The position numbers and the translations under genes are program-made. 64,000 bases of DNA from Candidatus Moranbacteria bacterium UBA4824 (GTDB lineage: Bacteria > Patescibacteriota > Minisyncoccia > Moranbacterales > UBA2206). Shown here piece after piece: positions 44,293-53,779 of the stretch. The notes below the pieces were generated by a model. It saw only the letters and a program-made list of their open reading frames with translations, did not search any database and had not been told where the DNA came from. Location: contig DHFM01000046.1 in NCBI GenBank assembly GCA_002400405.1, positions 11,722-75,721 on the forward strand, written 5' to 3'. The stretch's first letter is position 1. Each line of letters opens with the position of its first letter.

Positions 44293-46167
44293 TTAGATTG
44301 TAATTTTCAAGAGGATATGATTTAAGGAAGAATTTATTTTTAGCCAAAGCGAATCTGAAAAAACCACTATCCAATGTTTTTGAGTGGTTGGGGTGGTGAA
44401 AAGATAGTGATTGTCTTTAGAGACAGGTTTAAAACCTGTCATTACGCCTAAAACCCTTGAATTTTGAGGGATTAACTTTTCGGGAAAAGTTATAGTGGGG
44501 CTTGAATAAGCCAAATTATGGCGTGTTTGTTGCTTTTTTTGCCAAATAGGCGAGGAAGTATATTTTCCAAGGTTGGCTTGGATTTCGGAGTCGGGGATAA
44601 TGAGAATATCTTCTTCTGTTGTGGCGCTGGTTCCCTCATCCGCCCTACGGGCACCTTCTCCCAAAGGGAGAAGGGGATTTTCAGTATTATTCTGTGTTTC
44701 TATCCAGCTCCAGCCATCGTCATTTTTTCCATAAAGCTCATCTTCATTGATTTTGTTTTTTTTCCGATCATATTTAATTTTTTGCACAACTTTCCCAGAG
44801 GGGTCGCGCAGTTCAATTTTTGTTTTTTCATTTCCTAAAGTGAAAGCGCAAATTTTTTTGGTGAGCTTTTTGGTTTTGCCTTTTTTGATTTTGAAATCTT
44901 CACGGATCGGATGATTAATTAGTTTGTCTTTTCCAGTGGCGATTGACCAGCCCTTGAGATTGACTTTGTCCTTGGATTGATTTTTAATTTCGATCCATTC
45001 ATTTTTTGTGTCACTTCCTTTGGGATTGGGGGAAAGACTTATTATGCGAATTTTTGGCGCATTATATTTTTCCACCTTAACACTAAAGTCATAGGTTTTG
45101 TCTTCGCCATCCCCAGTAATTTTTAGACTGCCTTTGAATTTTCCAGTTTTTTCATATTTGTGTTTTGTGGATTTTAGATAGCTTTTGTGGCCATCGCCAA
45201 AATTCCAAGTGAATTTTTTAGCGTCTTTTTCAGCTTTCACACTGAAATAGGCATAGGTGTTTTTGTAGATTTTTTTTGGTAGAATTAGTTTTCCGGACAG
45301 TATTTTATCGAAATTATTTTCTCCGCCAGGAGTAGGCAAAGATGTCCACCGCCAATCCGTTCCAGAAAAAGAATAGGAATAGGCGCTTTTTCCATTGGAA
45401 TATTTTTGGCTAGCGATTAAGTTATCTTTTTTGTCATAAAGAAAAACTGTGTCGCCCTTAGAGTCATTATTAAACGAAAAAGAGCCATAAAAAACAATAA
45501 AATTTCCAGTTTTTTCTTTCTTAGTAATTTTTCCTTTGGCACTTTTGGAATCTTTGATGACATAATTGGAGAAGTCAATTTCTTCTCCAGTTAAATTAAT
45601 TATCTCGACAAACTCTTCCTCGTCATTTTTAGTGTCTGGCGCCGGATAAATTTCGTTGATTCTAATCCCCGAATAATCTTGTGTTTCTTCTTCTTCTTCT
45701 TCTTCTTCTTCTTCTTCTTCTTCTTCCCAATTCAAACTATCAATAATAACCCCAGAATTTGTGTCGCCAAGTATTATAGCAATGCCATTTCCTTCGGAAA
45801 TAACACTACTTTTACTAGTGTTAGTCCAAAGATAAATTCCTTTAGCGGGGACAATATCTTCATTTCCAAATGATTTGAAGCTTGTGCGTGTTCCTGTAGA
45901 GGTTTTTTTAACAAGCCTATAATCATCCAAATTAATTGTTTCATTGGTGGTATTAGTAATTTCGATAAAGTCTTCCTCTGTTTTGCCAGTTCCGCCACTG
46001 TATTGAATATCGGTAATTTTTAAAATCGGCTCAGCCAAGCAAATTTTTTCCCAAATAAAAAAGCTAGCTAAAATAACCAGCCCGAAAATAAAATAATAAT
46101 ATTTTTTATTTTTATTTTTCACCCTAAATTTATCCCCCACCACTTTTAGTCTGCGCCAAAGGCGCAA
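44293..46167 (-). CDS. Secreted surface protein with three lamin-tail-domain-like modules, a PKD-like module and a poly-Glu linker
   Basis: Signal/TM (YYYFIFGLVILASFFIW). LTD-like segments (INEIYPAPDTKNDEEEFVEIINLTGEEIDFSNY; ISLSPNPKGSDTKNEWIEIKNQSKDKVNLKGW). PKD-like WNFGDGHKS. Run of about 15 Glu. Confidence 0.5.
   Translation of the reverse strand: MRLWRRLKVVGDKFRVKNKNKKYYYFIFGLVILASFFIWEKICLAEPILKITDIQYSGGTGKTEEDFIEITNTTNETINLDDYRLVKKTSTGTRTSFKSFGNEDIVPAKGIYLWTNTSKSSVISEGNGIAIILGDTNSGVIIDSLNWEEEEEEEEEEEEEETQDYSGIRINEIYPAPDTKNDEEEFVEIINLTGEEIDFSNYVIKDSKSAKGKITKKEKTGNFIVFYGSFSFNNDSKGDTVFLYDKKDNLIASQKYSNGKSAYSYSFSGTDWRWTSLPTPGGENNFDKILSGKLILPKKIYKNTYAYFSVKAEKDAKKFTWNFGDGHKSYLKSTKHKYEKTGKFKGSLKITGDGEDKTYDFSVKVEKYNAPKIRIISLSPNPKGSDTKNEWIEIKNQSKDKVNLKGWSIATGKDKLINHPIREDFKIKKGKTKKLTKKICAFTLGNEKTKIELRDPSGKVVQKIKYDRKKNKINEDELYGKNDDGWSWIETQNNTENPLLPLGEGARRADEGTSATTEEDILIIPDSEIQANLGKYTSSPIWQKKQQTRHNLAYSSPTITFPEKLIPQNSRVLGVMTGFKPVSKDNHYLFTTPTTQKHWIVVFSDSLWLKINSSLNHILLKITI
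45685..45727. repeat. (GAA)n/(TTC)n trinucleotide microsatellite, about 14 units, inside the surface-protein CDS (encodes poly-Glu)
   Basis: Direct run ttcttcttc... on the plus strand. In-frame unit length permits length variation without frameshift. Confidence 0.8.
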
Positions 46168-46256
46168 AAAACTTTTATTTAAAAGTAATAAAAACCTTTT
46201 AAATATTGCAATTTATATAAAAAAATAAACTAAAAAAGACTAAAAGTGGTGGGGGA

Positions 46257-46850
46257 TTAAGTCGTTTCATGGTGAATTTTTTCTCGAAGCATTTCGCCGA
46301 ATTCATTTTCTTCTTTGCTTTCTAATTCGTTTTGCAGTTTCATAATAGTATCTTTGATTTTGTAGGGATCGGGAACATTTCGAAAGATAAAGCGTTCTCT
46401 TTCACCGGCAGTTTGAATAAGAAGATTGCCGTAATTAAGAAAGGTTGGGATAACTCCACGCACATCCGTTGTGACATCCTGAATTTTTTCCAGTTCTAAC
46501 TCGCTCACTACGCGAGTAAAAAGCCCTTTTTGTTCAATGTTAATAATTCTTTCACTAGTAACTATCCAAACATCAAAATAGTAGTCAATCCAGATGGCAA
46601 AAAACAACAGCCAAAGAAAAGTAAAAAAAAGACTGCGCATAAAAGCGGTGAGATCAAGCAGAAGTTGTTCGCTAAATTCATCAAAGAAAAAGGCGGTGAG
46701 GAAATAACTGCCGAAAAGAAAAAGTACCATAAAGAAAATTATGGAAAAGTGAGTGAGGATGTTGAACCAGTGGCGATGAATAACCATCAGAATTTCTTCG
46801 CCATTTTTTTGTCCGTCGAAATGATAGTGGGTAAAATTGTGTTGTTGCAT
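46257..46850 (-). CDS. Membrane protein with bacterial PH-like (YdbS/YdbT-type) domain
   Basis: 197 aa. Two N-terminal TM helices followed by a soluble domain (ERIINIEQKGLFTRVVSELELEKIQDVTT...GNLLIQTAG), resembling bPH_2. Confidence 0.4.
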   Translation of the reverse strand: MQQHNFTHYHFDGQKNGEEILMVIHRHWFNILTHFSIIFFMVLFLFGSYFLTAFFFDEFSEQLLLDLTAFMRSLFFTFLWLLFFAIWIDYYFDVWIVTSERIINIEQKGLFTRVVSELELEKIQDVTTDVRGVIPTFLNYGNLLIQTAGERERFIFRNVPDPYKIKDTIMKLQNELESKEENEFGEMLREKIHHETT

Positions 46851-46854
46851 AAAA

Positions 46855-47079
46855 TTAAAAAATAAGAAGTTTTGAAATTAGCGCATCCCAATCAACCGAA
46901 AAAAACAACATAATATTGGAAAGAAAAAGCAAAACGGAAACTACCACAAAAATGGGAAGCATTATTTTGTTAGTTTTAGCATTTATGGAATAACGAGCTA
47001 GATGATAGATGATAAAAAAGAAGAGAAAAAGATAGGTGATAAGGATGATGGCATAAAGAGCGAGGGCAATGTAGAACAT
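46855..47079 (-). CDS. Small two-TM membrane protein
   Basis: 74-aa hydrophobic ORF. 4-nt gap to the downstream bPH gene. Confidence 0.3.
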   Translation of the reverse strand: MFYIALALYAIILITYLFLFFFIIYHLARYSINAKTNKIMLPIFVVVSVLLFLSNIMLFFSVDWDALISKLLIF

Positions 47080-47258
47080 AAATTTTAGTTTATTTTTTAT
47101 TTAGGACTTATACATTTGCTTGCGTCAAGATATGCTTGTCGCGAAAGTGATTATAAAATGTAAGAATTTTCCAGTAATCAAGAATTGTTTATGTGAAATG
47201 TTTTTCTGGCGACTGCGTTAATATCTTTTCCACAATCAAATGCATAAGTCCTATATTT

Positions 47259-48266
47259 TTAAAATAATTTTTTCTCTCCAATATATTTTATTCCCAGATG
47301 ATTGTAGGCGCTTTCGGTGGCAATGCGACCGCGCGGAGTACGAGCTAAAAATCCGATTTGAATGAGATATGGCTCATAGACATCTTCGATGGTTTTTATT
47401 TCTTCCGAAGTAGCTGCGGCAACTGTGCCAAGACCGACGGGACCACCACCAAACTTTTCGATGATGACTCGCAAGATATGCTTGTCCGCCGGTTCAAGTC
47501 CAAGTGGATCAACATCAATCATTTCCAGTGCTTCAATTGCTACCGCTTCGTTTATAATATCATGATTTTTTATTTGAGAAAAATCTCGCACCCGTTTCAA
47601 AAGACGATTAGCTACGCGAGGAGTACAACGAGCACACTCGGAAATTTTGGAAAGTCCTGTTTCGTCAGCGACTACCCCCAAAATTTTGGCACTACGCTCA
47701 AGAATTTTTTTGATTTCTGGGTTGGTATAAAATTCCAAACGATGAATGGCGCCAAAACGATTGCGGAGGGGATTGGAAATTGAACCTAACTTAGTGGTAG
47801 CGCCAATCAGGGTGAATTTTGGTAGATCAAGTTGAATAGTTCTGGCAGATGGTCCTTTGCCGATTATAATGTCTAATTTATAATCTTCCATGGCTGGGTA
47901 GAGAATTTCTTCGATGGATTTGTTAAGCCTGTGAATTTCATCGATGAATAGAATGTCACCATCAGAAAGATTAGTGAGAATTGATCCAAAATCACCCACG
48001 CGCTCAATGGCTGGACCAGAGGTAGTTTTAATGTTGACTCCCATTTCTTTGGCGATGATGTTGGCGAGAGTGGTTTTTCCAAGCCCCGCGGGACCATAAA
48101 GCAAAACATGCTCAATAGATTCTTCGCGATGTTTGGCCGCTTGAATCAAAATGTCTAAATTTTTCTTAACCTTAACTTGCCCCACATAATCATTGAAATT
48201 TTGCGGACGCAAAGTGACATCAAAACTAATTTCGTCTGGTTGTTCTTTTGAGCTAGTAATGGTCAT
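47259..48266 (-). CDS. ruvB: Holliday junction branch-migration helicase RuvB
   Basis: [12 protein letters not shown]...[19 protein letters not shown]...[13 protein letters not shown]. Canonical RuvB. Confidence 0.9.
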   Translation of the reverse strand: MTITSSKEQPDEISFDVTLRPQNFNDYVGQVKVKKNLDILIQAAKHREESIEHVLLYGPAGLGKTTLANIIAKEMGVNIKTTSGPAIERVGDFGSILTNLSDGDILFIDEIHRLNKSIEEILYPAMEDYKLDIIIGKGPSARTIQLDLPKFTLIGATTKLGSISNPLRNRFGAIHRLEFYTNPEIKKILERSAKILGVVADETGLSKISECARCTPRVANRLLKRVRDFSQIKNHDIINEAVAIEALEMIDVDPLGLEPADKHILRVIIEKFGGGPVGLGTVAAATSEEIKTIEDVYEPYLIQIGFLARTPRGRIATESAYNHLGIKYIGEKKLF

Positions 48267-48269
48267 AAT

Positions 48270-48378
48270 AATTTTTAATTTTGTAATTTTTAATTTTATA
48301 AATAAATCTAAAATCTAAATTTTTAAAAATTAGAAATTAAGAAATTATTTAAAAATTAAAAAATTAAAAATTGGAAAT
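48270..48378. repeat. AT-only ~110-bp direct repeat, copy 1 (family H)
   Basis: aatttttaattttgtaatttttaattttataaataaatctaaaatctaaatttttaaaaatta... recurs with a few changes at 49222..49333. Confidence 0.6.
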
Positions 48379-48403
48379 TCGAGTAAATTTAGTATACACC
48401 CAT

Positions 48404-48432
48404 TTGACAAAATTTCCAACTTATGCTATGCT
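48404..48432 (+). promoter_or_regulatory. Sigma70-like promoter (TTGACA-17-TATGCT) at the head of a ~450-nt structured leader
   Basis: ttgacaaaatttccaacttatgctatgct. Confidence 0.35.
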
Positions 48433-48633
48433 CCAAAGTCATCTTGAAACTTTATGTTTTTGAGATGATTAGCAGTAAATTGCAGGCAATTGGTGACTTC
48501 TATCTTTTGTCATCAATATAGAAACATTTTTCAAGATATGGGTAGCTGGGTTTCGGCTCGACTATGCCTCGATGTTGTTTCTTTTTTTGGGCTCTTAGCC
48601 CGAATTCTTGCCTGCAGATTATTGGAACTTCGC

Positions 48634-48680
48634 CATTTCAGAACCACTGATTATCACTGATTATACTGATTTCACTGAAT
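48634..48680. repeat. Repeat family D partial copy (cagaaccactgattatcactgattatactgatttcactgaat)
   Basis: Shares the 5' arm of the 105-bp element at 6079 and 6584. Confidence 0.5.
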
Positions 48681-48879
48681 AAAAAATTTAAAAATTCAAA
48701 GAAGGTATCCGAAAAGTTGAGCTTTAGGGTGGAGCCTAAACTTTTCAAAAAGCTCAACTTTAGAGGAGTAAAATTCTATCAAAGCTAAATGTTTTGTGGG
48801 AAAGTTTTTAGGAGATATTTAGTTTTAATGGAAGGGGAATAAATAAAACAAAAAATTCTTTAAAAAATAGGGAGGGAGT

Positions 48880-49131
48880 ATGAAAATTTCTAAAATAGTA
48901 CTTCGTTTTTTTGGTTATTTTTCAATTGAAGAGATTGAGGCAAAAATTAAATTTGCCGAATTTCAAATCAAAACAATAAAAGACGAAAGCAATTATTACA
49001 TAAATCTTATCAGAAAGGGGGAAGCAGGCACTGCAATATCTGATGATTTGCGTCATAATCGTGGGTTACTTCCTTATTATCAAAATGAGTTGAAATTGTG
49101 GACTAAAAAACTAAAGAAAATAAAAAAATAA
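48880..49131 (+). CDS. Small hypothetical protein (83 aa) with strong Shine-Dalgarno
   Basis: GGGAGGGAG 4 nt upstream of the ATG. N-terminal hydrophobic stretch. Lies inside the segment bounded by the family-H direct repeats. Confidence 0.3.
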   Translation: MKISKIVLRFFGYFSIEEIEAKIKFAEFQIKTIKDESNYYINLIRKGEAGTAISDDLRHNRGLLPYYQNELKLWTKKLKKIKK

Positions 49132-49221
49132 AACCAGGCGTGGAGGAGTATGGTGGGAAAAAGAAAAAGGGTTAGCTTGTCGATATAAGCGCCCTTTTTT
49201 TGTTGTCTGAACCACAAAACA

Positions 49222-49333
49222 ATTTTTAATTTTTGAATTTTTAATTTTATAAATAAATCTTAAATCTAAATTTTTAAAAATTAAAAATTGAAATTTATTT
49301 AAAAATTACAAAAATTATAAAATTAAAAATTTT
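49222..49333. repeat. AT-only ~110-bp direct repeat, copy 2 (family H), abutting the stop of the double-PilB gene
   Basis: See 48270..48378. Confidence 0.6.
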
Positions 49334-52300
49334 CTAAAGATCAGTGACTCGTTCCACTTCTTCAAGTGATGTCCCACCTTCCAAAACTTTCAAAATTCCA
49401 TCTTGTGTCATTGTGAGCATGCCGAGTTCGACGGCTTTTTCTTCTAGTTCGGCGGTGATGGCGCCACGGGTGACGAGGTCTTGAATTTCACGGGTTAGTT
49501 GGAAAACTTCACTAACAGTCATGCGACCTTTGTAACCTAGACCGTTGCATTTTTCGCAACCTTTTGGATGATAAATCTCTAAAACTTTGGGAATGTCCAC
49601 TCCCGCCTTTGGACTAATAGTGGCTAAAACTTTTTCAATCATTTCTTTTTCTTTTTCATTTGGCTGGACTTTTTCTTTGCAATCACAAAGGCGACGCACG
49701 AGGCGTTGCGCCATAAAGGCATTGACGGCGGTGGCGATGTCGGACGGGGAAACGCCCATATTGATCATTCGCGCCACTGCTCCGGCGGCGTTGTTGGTGT
49801 GAATTGTAGAAAGCACCAGATGTCCTGTGAGTGAAGCTTGCACGGCTACTTGGGCAGTTTCATCGTCACGAATTTCACCAATCATCATGATATCCGGATT
49901 TTGACGAAGCAGAGCGCGCAGAGCGGTGGCGAAAGTATAGCCTTCTTTGTCGTTGACTGGAGTTTGCAAAATTCCTGGGAGTTGATATTCGATTGGATCT
50001 TCTACGGTGATTATTTTTACTTCCGGTTTATTAAGCATACTGAGAACACTATAGAGTGTGGTAGTTTTTCCACTGCCTGTTGGGCCGGTGTTTAAAATTA
50101 CACCATTAGGTTTTTTTATTTCTGAAATTATTTTGTCTAAGTTTTGTTGTCTAATACCAAGCTTAGTAAGATCCAATTCCATCGATGAACCGCGGAGGAG
50201 TCGCATCACAATTGTTTCACCATAACCACCCAGGATGATCGAAACACGCACATCAATATTTTTTTCGGAGATTGTGATGTCGTCATCAAATTTTATACTA
50301 AAGCGACTGTCAATCACTCCTTGGCGCACTTCAGTTTTCACACCGGAAAGAATTTTAATTTCGCCAAGTAAGGCCGGATATTCATTGAGTGGAAGAGTGG
50401 CAACATTTTGCAAAATTCCATCAATGCGAAAACGAATTTTGACATCATCTTTTTCTGGTTCGATATGAATGTCGCCAACATTGAGAATGGTAGCGGCTGA
50501 AAAAACAATTTTGTTAATATCAGTAGTTTTGGCTGAGCGTAAAATTTCTTCCAGTTTTTTGAAATCCGCTATATTTTCTTGAGCCGAGGTATATTGACTA
50601 TTTTCAATAAGAATTTTTTTGCCCAAAGTTTGGGACATTAATTTCTCATAAATACTTTCCAAAAATTCTCCTTGTCCTGTCGCACTTTCCACTTCATCAA
50701 TGGAAGTGACTCCGGCAATAGCTTTCAAAATTCCATCTTGAAGCATAGTGATCATTCCGGATTCCAAAGCGGCCATAGCTAATTCTGTTTCGCCGGCCAT
50801 TTCTAAAATTAATTTTTCGATATCTTCATTAATCGTGAGTACTTCAAAAATTCCTACGCGACCCTTATACCCCAAACCATTGCATTTCGGACAACCTTTT
50901 GGGCGATAGAGTTTTTCAATGTCTTTGGGAATTTCTACTTTAGCTTTAGGCGAAATAATGGAGAGAATTTTTTTGATAGATTCTATTGATTCTTTTGCTG
51001 GAACATAGGCTTCCTTGCAATCACAAAGTTTTCGCACCAGCCTTTGACCGATAACAGCATTCATAGCGGGGGACATCAAAGTTGGTTTTACTCCAAGCTC
51101 AATAAATCTTGGAATAGCCCCGACAGCATTATTAGTGTGGAGTGAAGACAAAACTAAATGCCCCGTAAGTGCAGAATTAACCGCGATATCAGCCGTTTCA
51201 TCATCGCGAATTTCACCCACTAAAATAACATCTGGATCCTGACGGACAATAGCGCGCAGGCCTTGAGCGAAAGTATAACCTCGTCCTTTTTCTATTTGAG
51301 TTTGAGAAATGCCGGATAATTCATATTCAATCGGATCTTCAATAGTAATGATTTTTTTGTCCGGAGTGTTGAGTTTGTTGATGATTGAATATAGGGTAGT
51401 AGTTTTTCCCGAACCGGTTGGTCCGGTGTTTAGAATCATTCCATTAGGTGAGAGCATTTGTTTTTGCACAGTTTCATAGGCTAAACCTTGGAGACCTAAA
51501 TTTTCCACGCTTACTTTGATTGAATCAGGATCTAGAAGGCGCATTACAACTGACTCACCAAAATTACCAGGGATAATACTCACACGCAAAGCAATTTTTT
51601 TCTCTGCTAGATTTATCTCAAAAGTTCCGTCTTGGGCGATATCGCGAAGATTGAGTTTCATCTTGGACATCAATTTTATGCGCGAGATGATTGTGTTGAA
51701 AACATTGAGAGGTAAAAAGGCGACATCTTGCAAATTGCCATCAATTCGATAACGCAGACGAATTTCTTTTTCTTGCGGTTCAATGTGGACATCGCTGGCA
51801 CCAAGCTTGTAGGCTCCGGCTAGCATAATATTTAGAACTTGAGTAGTGGGAAGTTCTTTAATACGTTGTTTTAGGGTGATCAAATCTTTCATTTCTTCCT
51901 CAAACTTATTCAAATCATCTCCACTAAGACTCAAACTCATTTGATCAAGGATATCTACAAAAACAATCTGTTTATATTTTTCCCAAACGCGATTGATATT
52001 TGAGGTGGAAACGACAAAAAGTTTTATCTGCCAACCTTTTTCAGTTTTTAGATTTTCTATAAAATCATGAGTTTCTTGATTTCTTGGATCGCGAGATATG
52101 ATAGTGACGACTTTGCCACTTCTGTGAATTAGGGCAATGCCGAATTTTCGCGCTTCCTCCTCGGTTAGGAGACGAATATCATCTTTGGAAATTGGGATTA
52201 GATTAGTGTCGACATAGGGAAGATTAAGTTCGGCTGCTAAGGCGCTAGCCATTTCCTCCTCCTCTTTTTTTCTAAATGTAGAAAGAATTTTGGCGGTTTT

Positions 52301-52363
52301 ATTTTCCTGTTGAATTTCATCAGGTTTTACATTTTGAACTTTTGGTTTGAGAATTTTGATCAT
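49334..52363 (-). CDS. Tandem-fused double PilB/GspE-family secretion ATPase (two complete ATPase units in one 1009-aa polypeptide)
   Basis: Two Walker A sites (both NTGPTGSGKTTTLYS). Two Asp boxes and His boxes. Two tetracysteine motifs (CDCKE...CPKCNGLGYKGR and CDCKE...CEKCNGLGYKGR). Two C-terminal MLQDGILK/MTQDGILK motifs. N-terminal GspE_N-like region before each. Confidence 0.8.
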   Translation of the reverse strand: MIKILKPKVQNVKPDEIQQENKTAKILSTFRKKEEEEMASALAAELNLPYVDTNLIPISKDDIRLLTEEEARKFGIALIHRSGKVVTIISRDPRNQETHDFIENLKTEKGWQIKLFVVSTSNINRVWEKYKQIVFVDILDQMSLSLSGDDLNKFEEEMKDLITLKQRIKELPTTQVLNIMLAGAYKLGASDVHIEPQEKEIRLRYRIDGNLQDVAFLPLNVFNTIISRIKLMSKMKLNLRDIAQDGTFEINLAEKKIALRVSIIPGNFGESVVMRLLDPDSIKVSVENLGLQGLAYETVQKQMLSPNGMILNTGPTGSGKTTTLYSIINKLNTPDKKIITIEDPIEYELSGISQTQIEKGRGYTFAQGLRAIVRQDPDVILVGEIRDDETADIAVNSALTGHLVLSSLHTNNAVGAIPRFIELGVKPTLMSPAMNAVIGQRLVRKLCDCKEAYVPAKESIESIKKILSIISPKAKVEIPKDIEKLYRPKGCPKCNGLGYKGRVGIFEVLTINEDIEKLILEMAGETELAMAALESGMITMLQDGILKAIAGVTSIDEVESATGQGEFLESIYEKLMSQTLGKKILIENSQYTSAQENIADFKKLEEILRSAKTTDINKIVFSAATILNVGDIHIEPEKDDVKIRFRIDGILQNVATLPLNEYPALLGEIKILSGVKTEVRQGVIDSRFSIKFDDDITISEKNIDVRVSIILGGYGETIVMRLLRGSSMELDLTKLGIRQQNLDKIISEIKKPNGVILNTGPTGSGKTTTLYSVLSMLNKPEVKIITVEDPIEYQLPGILQTPVNDKEGYTFATALRALLRQNPDIMMIGEIRDDETAQVAVQASLTGHLVLSTIHTNNAAGAVARMINMGVSPSDIATAVNAFMAQRLVRRLCDCKEKVQPNEKEKEMIEKVLATISPKAGVDIPKVLEIYHPKGCEKCNGLGYKGRMTVSEVFQLTREIQDLVTRGAITAELEEKAVELGMLTMTQDGILKVLEGGTSLEEVERVTDL

Positions 52364-52367
52364 TTCC

Positions 52368-52400
52368 TTACGAATTACGAATTAGTACGAATGTACGAAT
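52368..52400. repeat. Repeat family A copy (ttacgaattacgaattagtacgaatgtacgaat) 5 nt upstream of the double-PilB start codon
   Basis: 33/33 identical to 21939..21971. Confidence 0.6.
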
Positions 52401-52446
52401 AAGAATTATTTTAAAAATCACATCATTATATTACCATAAAAATGAC

Positions 52447-52474
52447 AAATAAAAAAATCCGCTTTGAAGCGGAT
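52447..52474 (-). terminator. Rho-independent terminator of the DHH gene
   Basis: Hairpin atccgctt-tgaa-gcggat followed on the minus strand by a T7 run. Confidence 0.55.
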
Positions 52475-52494
52475 TCAAATAGGAGAAAATTAAA

Positions 52495-53628
52495 TTATTT
52501 TGTCAGCAGATTTTTTATTTTTTCAGCGATAATTTGGCCAACCTCAATAATATTTGGGTTTTCAATCTTAATCTCTAAAAATCCATAGTTAGATTTTCCG
52601 GGAATTTCTGAAAGTATTTTGGTGGTTGTTTCTGGCGTGGAAACTTTTATAATAGCAACAGAACTTTGGGGAGTATCATTATAGACAGCCATAAAAATTT
52701 TTCCTTCGCTATAATTTTCTTCAAGCTTTGAAATGATAATTGGCAAATCATCACTAGTAGAACGACTTTGGACAAAATCTTCCACACTTAAAGTTGACCA
52801 AACTAATTTACTAGTTTCATCCCAATTTATTTTTGCCATCGCCCTTCCCCAAAGCTTCAAAATATGCAGGGGTTGAGTTTTATACATCCAGCGGATAATT
52901 TCTTGTTGATCAGCTCCCTTATCCATAAGAGAAGCGCTAGCCAGGAGAGCTTTGGGCGTGGTATTTTTTTTCTGAAAACTATCCGTGGCGCCAATAAGAC
53001 CCGCTAGAAGACAAGTGGCAATTTTTTTGTCAATTAATTCTGGGTATATTTCTTTAAACGTTTGAGCTAGGATTTCGCAGGAAGAGGAGGCGGTGATATC
53101 AGTGAGATTAATTTGCCCGAAATTATCATTGTCGCTTTTGTGATCAATGTTTATTACAGGCACTTCAAAAAATAGATCTGTGTTTTCTAGGTAAAGCTGG
53201 CCAAGTTTTTCCAAATCAGAGCAATCAATCACAATCACTAAATCATACTTGAATTTAGCTAGGATAAAAGAAAAATCTCGTGGATCAACCGAGCCTTTTT
53301 CCGGTGTAACTAAGATATTGAAAGTGTCACCTTTTTCTTCGTGGCGAACCTGCATTATTTTGTTTTGGGCGGTATTAAAAGAAAGAACAAAATCACGTGC
53401 GCCGGAAATTTCTGAGAGAATATTCTCGGGTCTCGGCAAAAAATTGAATTTTTCTGATAGATGATTAGAGAAAGCAATAGTTGGCAAAATGTTTAATTTT
53501 TCTAAAAAATAATAAAGACCCCAAGCTGAGCCTACCGCGTCAGCCGAAGGATTTTCCGGAATAAGAATCAAAACTTCTTTGGAATTTTCCAGAATTTTTT
53601 TGAATTGTTCTTGAGGATTTAGGGACAT
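52495..53628 (-). CDS. DHH-family phosphoesterase (NrnA-like, DHH + DHHA1)
   Basis: N-terminal LILIPENPSADAVGSAWGLYYFL. DHH-type motif NIDHKSDNDNFG. C-terminal DHHA1-like region. Confidence 0.5.
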   Translation of the reverse strand: MSLNPQEQFKKILENSKEVLILIPENPSADAVGSAWGLYYFLEKLNILPTIAFSNHLSEKFNFLPRPENILSEISGARDFVLSFNTAQNKIMQVRHEEKGDTFNILVTPEKGSVDPRDFSFILAKFKYDLVIVIDCSDLEKLGQLYLENTDLFFEVPVINIDHKSDNDNFGQINLTDITASSSCEILAQTFKEIYPELIDKKIATCLLAGLIGATDSFQKKNTTPKALLASASLMDKGADQQEIIRWMYKTQPLHILKLWGRAMAKINWDETSKLVWSTLSVEDFVQSRSTSDDLPIIISKLEENYSEGKIFMAVYNDTPQSSVAIIKVSTPETTTKILSEIPGKSNYGFLEIKIENPNIIEVGQIIAEKIKNLLTK

Positions 53629-53676
53629 AGAAAATATATTTTAAGTTAGTTAAATAAGGTAGCACTTAGAAATTAT

Positions 53677-53693
53677 ATTGTCAACATTTGACA
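53677..53693. promoter_or_regulatory. Palindromic operator-like site TTGTCAA-cat-TTGACAA in the divergent promoter region
   Basis: Perfect 7-bp inverted repeat between divergently oriented genes 52495..53628 (-) and 53780..54136 (+). Confidence 0.3.
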
Positions 53694-53779
53694 AAAAAGG
53701 AGTTTTTGGAGTATTTTCTTGATATGTATAGTTCTTTGTTTTCACGTTTTATAACCCTTATTAGAAAAAGGAGAAAAGA

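Noticed and set aside
45679-45873. ORF 45679..45873+ beginning MCFFFFFFFFFFFFFF
   Set aside because: Antisense reading of the (GAA)n tract inside the LTD surface-protein gene. Artefact of the microsatellite.
48380-48880. Candidate housekeeping ncRNA (RNase P RNA, tmRNA, SRP RNA, 6S) in the long promoter-equipped leader
   Set aside because: Searched by eye for conserved cores (GGAAAGUCCGG / ACAGAACCCGGCUUA of RNase P RNA; tmRNA tRNA-like 3' end GGUUCGAUUCC; SRP GGAAGCAGCC). None present. Region is instead a mosaic of repeat fragments. Left as unclassified structured leader.
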